From a virus (taxonomy: Duplodnaviria > Heunggongvirae > Uroviricota > Caudoviricetes): DNA of 4,204 bases. The stretch covers positions 1-4,204 of IMG/VR virus record IMGVR_UViG_2548876940_000010; one strand, written 5' to 3'. The position numbers and the translations under genes are program-made. Under the pieces are notes generated by a model. That model was not told the DNA's origin. It saw only the letters and a list, made by a program, of their open reading frames with translations, and made no database searches. Positions within the stretch are counted from its first letter, which is position 1; every line of letters starts with the position of its first letter. Below are positions 1 to 4,204 of this stretch, piece by piece.

Positions 1-17
1 GAAGTAATACCCGCACG

Positions 18-296
18 TTACCTCCAGATGCGTTGCTGGAATGTGCGGGACGGACGTGGTGGGCGCTCGGAGTAAGGAAGCCTGACGGAGATTATCCAGT
101 GACGATAATCGAGGCTGAGGGCTTTCTTAATCTCGTATCCGTGTCTGCGGTAGCACTGAATTAGCCACTCGGCCTGTTCTTCAGTGCATGGGGGATGCTG
201 GAACCAGTCAGATTTGAAAGTGCGGGAACGCCGCCCGTGCCTGCTGGCAAAGACGGCAGAATCATCAGAATTGTGTAATTTGGTATCGTGCGCCAT
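18..296 (-). CDS. Hypothetical small basic protein (92 aa from the only in-frame ATG); function unknown
   Basis: Minus-strand ORF ending at TAA (18-20). The track ORF starts at a TTG (375-377) that lies inside the U-tract of the upstream terminator, so the only in-frame ATG (294-296) is the more plausible start, though its SD is weak (AGAGA). Protein is Arg/His/Trp-rich with no recognised motif. It sits where the nin-region genes begin in lambdoid phages. Confidence 0.4.
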   Translation of the reverse strand: MAHDTKLHNSDDSAVFASRHGRRSRTFKSDWFQHPPCTEEQAEWLIQCYRRHGYEIKKALSLDYRHWIISVRLPYSERPPRPSRTFQQRIWR

Positions 297-347
297 CGGT
301 TGTCTCTGCTGGCGCAGCAGGTGCCAGTTGTTCAGGCTGGCGTGCGA

Positions 348-377
348 ATTGTAAACCAGAATGCCAGGAAAAAACAA
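348..377 (-). promoter_or_regulatory. Candidate sigma70 promoter for the 18..296 ORF (TTGTTT -35, 18-nt spacer, TACAAT -10)
   Basis: On the minus strand, TTGTTT (complement of 372-377) and TACAAT (complement of 348-353) are separated by 18 nt. The -35 lies within the U-tract of the hok terminator. Sequence-pattern match only. Confidence 0.3.
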
Positions 378-395
378 AACCCGCCGAAGCGGGTT
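368..395 (-). terminator. Rho-independent terminator ending the hok transcript
   Basis: On the minus strand: perfect 7-bp stem AACCCGC/GCGGGUU (378-384 pairs with 389-395), UUCG tetraloop (385-388), immediately followed by UUGUUUUUUCC (377 down to 367). Lies about 70 nt downstream of the hok stop codon. Confidence 0.7.
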
Positions 396-399
396 AAGT

Positions 400-414
400 G
401 CGGGTGCGTTGAGG
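400..414 (-). promoter_or_regulatory. fbi-like 3' element of hok mRNA, complementary to the 5' end (tac) of the same transcript
   Basis: The minus-strand RNA here reads CCUCAACGCACCCGC, which pairs with the predicted 5' end GCGGGUGCUUGAGG (790..777) as 14 bp with one bulged base. This matches the fold-back-inhibition arrangement described for plasmid R1 hok mRNA. Confidence 0.5.
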
Positions 415-463
415 ATGCCTGATTCATCAGAGGTGGCGAGGGATTTCTCCCTCGCCGGGTCTC

Positions 464-619
464 TTACTCCTCAGGTTCGTAAGCTGTGAAGACAGCGACC
501 TCCGTCTGGCCGGTTCGGATTCGTACCTCGCAGAGGTCTTTCCTCGTTACCAGTGCCGTCACTATGACGGTTAAACAGATGACGATCAGGGCGATTAACA
601 TCGCCTTTTGCTGCTTCAT
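464..619 (-). CDS. hok: Hok/Gef-family type I toxin (51 aa, small membrane-depolarising peptide), HokD/RelF-like
   Basis: ATG at 617-619 (minus) preceded by SD AAGGAG at about 9 nt; stop TAA at 464-466. Product MKQQKAMLIALIVICLTVIVTALVTRKDLCEVRIRTGQTEVAVFTAYEPEE aligns nearly residue-for-residue with E. coli HokC/Gef and HokD as recalled from memory. It has the expected N-terminal transmembrane helix and the conserved TRKDLCEV...GQTEVAVF...YE core. Confidence 0.9.
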   Translation of the reverse strand: MKQQKAMLIALIVICLTVIVTALVTRKDLCEVRIRTGQTEVAVFTAYEPEE

Positions 620-676
620 AGCCTGCTTCTCCTTGCCTTTCGGCGCGTAAGAGGCTAACCTACATATGTCTAGCAT
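464..676 (-). CDS. mok: Mok-like reading frame (70 aa), an in-frame N-terminal extension of hok used for translational coupling
   Basis: ATG at 674-676 (minus) with GAGG about 7 nt upstream. The N-terminal MLDICRLASYAPKGKEKQA parallels the MokC extension MLNTCRVPLTDRKVKEKRA recalled from E. coli K-12. Same frame and stop as hok. Confidence 0.6.
   Translation of the reverse strand: MLDICRLASYAPKGKEKQAMKQQKAMLIALIVICLTVIVTALVTRKDLCEVRIRTGQTEVAVFTAYEPEE
633..661 (+). promoter_or_regulatory. Predicted Sok antisense RNA promoter (TTGCCT -35, 17-nt spacer, TAACCT -10)
   Basis: Plus-strand hexamers at 633-638 and 656-661 with a 17-nt spacer, located inside the mok N-terminal coding region. Position and sequence align with the R1 sok promoter (TTGCGC, 17 nt, TATCCT) as recalled from memory. 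The -10 is weak by consensus. Confidence 0.4.
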
Positions 677-740
677 GAAATTGGCCTCAGATTAATGTTA
701 GGCGTCTTGCAGGACGCGTAATGTTAACTGGGGCTTTTCT
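668..740 (+). ncRNA. sok: Predicted Sok-like antisense RNA; ends approximate
   Basis: Plus-strand segment downstream of the predicted promoter, antisense to the mok start codon (674-676) and mok SD (about 685-688) on the hok mRNA. Contains a 5-bp stem-loop (702-706 pairs with 713-717) and a U-rich stretch CUUUUCUCU (about 734-742). No canonical GC-stem plus U-tract terminator is evident, so the 3' end is uncertain. Confidence 0.4.
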
Positions 741-794
741 CTGTCTGCCTTACGGTGGCATGCCCGAGGCAGACAGCCTCAAGCACCCGCAGCA

Positions 795-822
795 ATTCTA
801 CTTAACTCTCGCTTTACCGCAA
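795..822 (-). promoter_or_regulatory. Predicted hok/mok promoter (TTGCGG -35, 16-nt spacer, TAGAAT -10), TSS near 788-790
   Basis: Minus-strand TTGCGG (complement of 817-822) and TAGAAT (complement of 795-800). The predicted transcript start GCGGGUGCUUGAGGCUGUCUGCCUC closely resembles the R1 hok mRNA 5' end GGCGCUUGAGGCUUUCUGCCUC (from memory), including the tac hairpin GAGGC-UGUCU-GCCUC. Transcript length to the terminator is about 420 nt, comparable to the roughly 400-nt R1 hok mRNA. Confidence 0.5.
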
Positions 823-864
823 ACCGTTTTTACCCGATATAGGAATTCCCATATCGTAATGAAT

Positions 865-969
865 TCAGTTCCCTAGTCGATCCATCAAAAACACAACCAG
901 GCAGTAAACGCCCACAACAGCAATAACAGCCAGCGCACCTTCTATTGCCAGTGAAATATCATCCGACAT
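865..969 (-). CDS. Small hydrophobic protein (34 aa, predicted single transmembrane helix); not in the supplied ORF track
   Basis: ATG at 967-969 (minus) preceded by a near-consensus SD (AAGGAGGG, 4-5 nt spacing); stop TGA at 865-867. Hand translation: MSDDISLAIEGALAVIAVVGVYCLVVFLMDRLGN, an acidic N-terminus followed by about 20 consecutive hydrophobic residues. No homolog recognised. Confidence 0.45.
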   Translation of the reverse strand: MSDDISLAIEGALAVIAVVGVYCLVVFLMDRLGN

Positions 970-1087
970 ATTCCCTCCTTTGGTGTGAATCCCGGCGAAC
1001 GTTTTTACCCCCACCGACAAATAACATATACTAAAAAATCAATAGCTATAGCAACGCCTGTAATTGCAAAGGCTTCAGGCCAGATCA

Positions 1088-1729
1088 TTAGCGCACCTCC
1101 TGCGGCGGTTCTGGTAGCGGCATCCAGTCGGTTACATTGCGGCTCTGTGTTTCGAAAAATTCATCACCATTACGGACTACATCAAAAAACTCACCGTCTC
1201 GATATTGCGCATAAAGAACGAATGCGCCATCACATAAAATAATTACGTGCTGACCATCATCCGGCATTCGCTCACTACAGCTTATCCAACCATCCGGAGT
1301 TACCGGATAGTTGGTTGACGTTTCCGAGATTTCCCGAAAATTATTGGTTGACGAACCCTTATTTTCCCGAAAGTTTCCAGCCTGAAGCATGGCGGCGCTG
1401 TCTGGCGGGGCAGCATATAGCGGCACGTATATTTCCGGTTCCTTATCAGCACCGGGTTGCTCTTCCAGTGAGAATGTCTTTCCGGTAAATCGATTCATAT
1501 AAAGCACGGGCTCTGCTTCCAGCGAAGCCTGAGCAACAAGGGCCAGTGCTAAATCCAACTCAATTGCCTCGAGAGAATTTTTGAATGCTGTCTGTTTTAC
1601 TGCAAATTTCATCGCCTTTACATTTTCACTAACATGACTGATTAACTGCTCTTTTGTAAAAGTGGTCATCTCATTCTCCTTTGATGCGAATGCCAGCGAC
1701 AATTGAAGCCTGATAGCTAATTCACTCAC
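1088..1729 (-). CDS. Phage protein with C-terminal DUF551-like domain; function unknown
   Basis: 213-aa ORF. The C-terminal segment GWISCSERMPDDGQHVIILCDGAFVLYAQYRDGEFF...VTDWMPLPEPP matches the DUF551 pattern recalled for enterobacterial phage proteins (W-I-S...LP..G..V......A.Y.DG.......VT.WMPLPEPP). Start is ambiguous: a GTG at 1727-1729 overlaps the upstream stop (GTGA) with AGGAGG 7 nt upstream, or an ATG at 1667-1669 with AAGGAG 6 nt upstream would give 193 aa. Confidence 0.7.
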   Translation of the reverse strand: MSELAIRLQLSLAFASKENEMTTFTKEQLISHVSENVKAMKFAVKQTAFKNSLEAIELDLALALVAQASLEAEPVLYMNRFTGKTFSLEEQPGADKEPEIYVPLYAAPPDSAAMLQAGNFRENKGSSTNNFREISETSTNYPVTPDGWISCSERMPDDGQHVIILCDGAFVLYAQYRDGEFFDVVRNGDEFFETQSRNVTDWMPLPEPPQEVR

Positions 1730-2121
1730 AGTACCGCCTCCTGAAAATTGCCCTGATAGAACGCCAGTACACGCAGCATAACTTCACTCTTCCGGCACTC
1801 GCCACAGATTATGTTCTGTTGTCTGTCGTAGCGGCGTATTTCTCCGTCTGGTAACTTTCGAATCAATGTCTGGTCGGTTGCTTTCTCCGCTGCCTTACGC
1901 CATACGCGATACACCTGTTCTGATGTAAAAACACCATATTTACCGGGCATGTATAAATCGCCACAAGCCAGTACATCCACAAGGCAACGTCTGACTGAAT
2001 GCCAGCCTGCTCCCGTCGCTCTCTCCAGTTGTGATATCGTCATGCGTTCATTTTTGCGTACCAGCCCGATAATTCGGGCCTTCAGTTCTTCACGCTGTTC
2101 GTGTGTAAAAGGTTTCGCCAT
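1726..2121 (-). CDS. Lambda Ren-like protein (131 aa): predicted winged-helix N-terminus plus conserved C-terminal C-x2-C-R...RVLA.Y motif
   Basis: ATG at 2119-2121 with GGAGG 7 nt upstream; stop TGA at 1726-1728. The C-terminus ICGECRKSEVMLRVLAFYQG resembles the lambda Ren C-terminus FKECRQSAAMKRVLAVYGVKR as recalled from memory. Lambda ren also lies just downstream of the replication genes. Assignment is memory-based. Confidence 0.6.
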   Translation of the reverse strand: MAKPFTHEQREELKARIIGLVRKNERMTISQLERATGAGWHSVRRCLVDVLACGDLYMPGKYGVFTSEQVYRVWRKAAEKATDQTLIRKLPDGEIRRYDRQQNIICGECRKSEVMLRVLAFYQGNFQEAVL

Positions 2122-2136
2122 AAGCGCCTCCGGCTA

Positions 2137-2907
2137 TCACTTTTCCGATACAACACGGCGGGAAGAATCAGTAATCTGTCGAACAATATCCCGGTGCTTG
2201 TTCAGCTCCCGCAGAGCGGCGCAGACTCGCTCCCACTTCTGAACATCACTTTTCGCCCTGCGCAGCGCCAGGTTTGCCCTGCGAAGGGACGGAAAAATCA
2301 GCTCATCTGCTTGCGTTTCGGTAAACGATGGCAACGGCTGCACAATGTCCGCCACAGTTTCTGTTTTAATTTCTTCCTGTGTTGCGGCTTCCCGGACTGG
2401 TAACGCAGCACCTGCTGGCTGAGGAAAGGCCTTACCATCATTTTTCGTTACCGGCGCGGCTTTCGGATCTGCTGGTAAATTACCCCCCGACATGCAGTAA
2501 CGAAATTTACCGTTCTGATTAACGCGTGCCAGCCGCCCCGTTGCGGTTACCACCGCCAGCGTGGAAGCAACCTTGCGAGTACTGACGCCGAACTTACCCG
2601 CCAGTTCCTCACACGTTTTAGCACCATCCTGACCGATAAACTCAACCATCATGTCTGCGGTAACTTTTGGAGCGACCTCTTCGGTTACCACATCCGGCGC
2701 TTCAGGTTGTAGTGCCTGCCCTTCGGTTACCCCGGCTTCACCTTCGACAGCCAGAAACCAGGTGTGACCCGTTTTATCAACAACGCCATTTTTTTTGAGT
2801 TCCCACAGTTCGTTAAGAACTTCTTCACGGCTGATATCAAGCCGCGCCGCCAGTTCAACAGAATTGGCTTTTCCCATCGCTTTCAGTGCATGCAATACAG
2901 TTTCCAT
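2137..2907 (-). CDS. Phage hypothetical protein (256 aa) with two winged-helix-like segments and a basic C-terminal helical tail; function unknown
   Basis: ATG at 2905-2907 with GAGGT upstream; stop TGA at 2137-2139. Two HTH-like segments (SVELAARLDISREEVLNELWELKKNG and CEELAGKFGVSTRKVASTLAVVTATGRLARV) are separated from the C-terminus by a Pro/Ala-rich linker. Long, clean ORF tightly spaced with its neighbours (25 nt from the DnaC-like stop, 15 nt to the Ren-like start). Possibly DUF1627-like, but this is not verifiable without a search. Confidence 0.75.
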   Translation of the reverse strand: METVLHALKAMGKANSVELAARLDISREEVLNELWELKKNGVVDKTGHTWFLAVEGEAGVTEGQALQPEAPDVVTEEVAPKVTADMMVEFIGQDGAKTCEELAGKFGVSTRKVASTLAVVTATGRLARVNQNGKFRYCMSGGNLPADPKAAPVTKNDGKAFPQPAGAALPVREAATQEEIKTETVADIVQPLPSFTETQADELIFPSLRRANLALRRAKSDVQKWERVCAALRELNKHRDIVRQITDSSRRVVSEK

Positions 2908-2932
2908 CGAAAATTTACCTCGTCAAAAATTC

Positions 2933-3673
2933 TCACATACCCTGACGTCCAACGTTTGACCGCCAGCTCTCCCAGTTAAAATTCACCCAACGACCACCAT
3001 TCATGGTCATACGGTCCATCACCCGATCTCCGAGGAGTGTGCTCATCGCTGCGTGATTCAGGTTCGTCAGCATTCCGACACTACGCATCGAAGCCGTTCT
3101 GCGGTCGACTATCTGGTTCAGCGTGACCTGCTCGTTGCGCGTATCCCGCTGCATGCCAATTTCATCAAGGACCAGAAGGTCAACTCCACAAAGCTCCTGT
3201 AAAAATTTTTCCCCGGACTGGCCGTTGTCGTAGCCGTCATGCAACACGCTCATGACATCGGACACGGTGACGATAATCACGCTTCTCCCCTTCGCCATCA
3301 GCCGATTGCCAATCGCTGCTGCCAGGTGATTTTTACCGGTACCAGGTTTACCGCTGAACACGAAGTTTGTACATCCGGTCATCAATTCATCGGCAATGGA
3401 TTTCGCCTGGCTCAGAGCATGGCGCTGACCGTCGTTCTGCACCCGGTAGTTCCCGAATGAGCACTTCCTGTGAAGCGGCTGGATGCCCGCACGGTTCAGG
3501 ATTTTTTCAACCCGCACCTGATGATTCAGGCGGTTAATCTCCTCGCTGCGTTTTCGTCCTTCAGCAAGTTGCCATTCCCGCCACTCCTCCACCGTCCGGT
3601 ACGGTGGAACCGCCCCCTGTGGTGCAAGTCTGCGAATACGTTCAAGAACCCCAACTGCCGCAATGTTTTTCAT
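2933..3673 (-). CDS. dnaC: DnaC-family AAA+ helicase loader (prophage replication protein, DnaC/YdaV-like)
   Basis: 246-aa ORF, ATG at 3671-3673 (minus). Walker A FSGKPGTGKNHLAAAIG and Walker B LLVLDEIG are present. Colinear similarity to E. coli DnaC as recalled (MKN..., RSGI.PLH..CSF.NY, FSGKPGTGKNHLAAAI, QIVDRR, GMLTN.N, LLG.RVMDRM, W..FNW.S.RS). The start lies 7 nt after the stop of the upstream DnaT-like gene, the same arrangement as the chromosomal dnaT-dnaC pair. Confidence 0.93.
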   Translation of the reverse strand: MKNIAAVGVLERIRRLAPQGAVPPYRTVEEWREWQLAEGRKRSEEINRLNHQVRVEKILNRAGIQPLHRKCSFGNYRVQNDGQRHALSQAKSIADELMTGCTNFVFSGKPGTGKNHLAAAIGNRLMAKGRSVIIVTVSDVMSVLHDGYDNGQSGEKFLQELCGVDLLVLDEIGMQRDTRNEQVTLNQIVDRRTASMRSVGMLTNLNHAAMSTLLGDRVMDRMTMNGGRWVNFNWESWRSNVGRQGM

Positions 3674-3679
3674 GACACG

Positions 3680-4204
3680 TCACCCCCTGAATCCCGGCGG
3701 TATTTCAGTGTCCGGTTCAGAAATATGATTCACACAACGCTGGTTGTTCGTGCCGCTTACCGGGAGCAACCAGGGGTTTTCAAAATTCCGGTCCGGCCCA
3801 AAAAACGTCGTCGCTCGCTGAACAAATTCCGTTCCCGCTTTCCCGGTCGCCGCCAGGTATCTTGCGTAACGCCTCACACCATCCAGCATGGTCTCTGGTG
3901 GCACCCCCTCGCGCAATCTGGCCTTCCAGGCACTGAAAGCGGATTTCTTCGGGTTTGCCCCGGCACGCAACGGGTATTCCCGCCAGACCTGTTCGAACAC
4001 ATCCGGATAATCCACTCGTCCCACAGGCTGCCCGGTGTTTTCCGGGGCTACCCGATCGGCTTCCCGCTGAATGGCGGAATCGGCTTCAGGCTGCTGCAGT
4101 TGGAGTGATTGCTCCGGCCTTGCGGTCATCACCTGCTGCACAGCGCCCGAATCGGCTTCCGGTGTCGTGCCTGCTGGCTGACCAGGATTGACGGTCTGAA
4201 CATC
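3680..4204 (-). CDS. Phage replication protein with DnaT-like C-terminal domain (primosomal protein I-like); 5' end lies outside the window
   Basis: The frame is open from the window edge (4204) to the TGA at 3680-3682; the M in the track is an internal GTG. The C-terminus ...NHISEPDTEIPPGFRG matches the DnaT C-terminus ...NTVSEPDSQIPPGFRG (from memory). It is coupled to the DnaC-like gene. True start and full length cannot be determined from this window. Confidence 0.8.
   Translation of the reverse strand, partial: DVQTVNPGQPAGTTPEADSGAVQQVMTARPEQSLQLQQPEADSAIQREADRVAPENTGQPVGRVDYPDVFEQVWREYPLRAGANPKKSAFSAWKARLREGVPPETMLDGVRRYARYLAATGKAGTEFVQRATTFFGPDRNFENPWLLPVSGTNNQRCVNHISEPDTEIPPGFRG

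Noticed and set aside
297-377. N-terminal extension of the 18..377 ORF from a TTG start (119 aa)
   Set aside because: The TTG lies inside the U-tract of the hok terminator and within the candidate promoter, so the internal ATG at 294-296 is the more plausible start.
400-790. Inverted repeat (400-414 versus 777-790) as terminal inverted repeats of a small mobile element
   Set aside because: The repeats coincide with the predicted 5' and 3' ends of the hok mRNA and match the tac/fbi fold-back arrangement. There is no transposase and no target-site duplication.
842-867. Two EcoRI sites (GAATTC) as evidence of a cloning junction or vector-derived sequence
   Set aside because: Flanking sequence is continuous with a normal prophage context and the sites sit inside longer native palindromes; no vector-like sequence is present.
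985-1242. Plus-strand 85-aa ORF (GTG start)
   Set aside because: It overlaps the 3' end of the well-supported minus-strand DUF551 gene and the AT-rich spacer. No SD and low-complexity composition; judged an antisense-frame artefact.
1949-2403. Plus-strand ORFs 1949..2242 (97 aa) and 2101..2403 (100 aa)
   Set aside because: They lie entirely antisense to the Ren-like and 256-aa genes. Cys/Arg/Ser-rich composition is typical of reverse-frame reading of a real gene; no RBS.
2764-2979. Plus-strand 71-aa ORF
   Set aside because: Antisense to the 5' end of the 256-aa gene and the 3' end of the DnaC-like gene; no supporting signals.
3239-4191. Plus-strand ORFs 3239..3460, 3470..4108 and 3955..4191
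   Set aside because: Antisense to the strongly supported DnaC-like and DnaT-like genes. The 212-aa ORF is Arg/Pro-rich, typical of a GC-rich reverse frame, with no recognisable domain.
1-4204. CRISPR array, tRNA or rRNA genes, or integrase/attachment site
   Set aside because: No repeat-spacer periodicity, no cloverleaf-compatible segments and no recombinase ORF were seen in the window.

Overview
This window reads as the early-right (replication to nin) region of an enterobacterial lambdoid prophage, with every supported gene on the minus strand (transcribed from high to low coordinates). From right to left: a 5'-truncated DnaT-like replication gene coupled to a DnaC-family helicase loader, then three accessory genes (a 256-aa protein with two winged-helix-like segments, a lambda Ren-like protein, a DUF551-type protein), an unlisted 34-codon hydrophobic ORF with a strong Shine-Dalgarno, and a complete hok/mok/sok-type type I toxin-antitoxin locus. 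The hok locus is the most notable element: it has a promoter, a 5' tac hairpin, a long-range 5'/3' (tac/fbi) complementarity, an in-frame mok, a HokD/Gef-like toxin, an intrinsic terminator and a predicted antisense Sok RNA. A final small ORF (18..296) lies downstream of the hok terminator. All protein and RNA similarities are from memory of family sequences, not from a database search. The plus-strand ORFs in the track all overlap well-supported minus-strand genes and are judged spurious. No tRNA, rRNA, CRISPR array or recognisable transposase is present.
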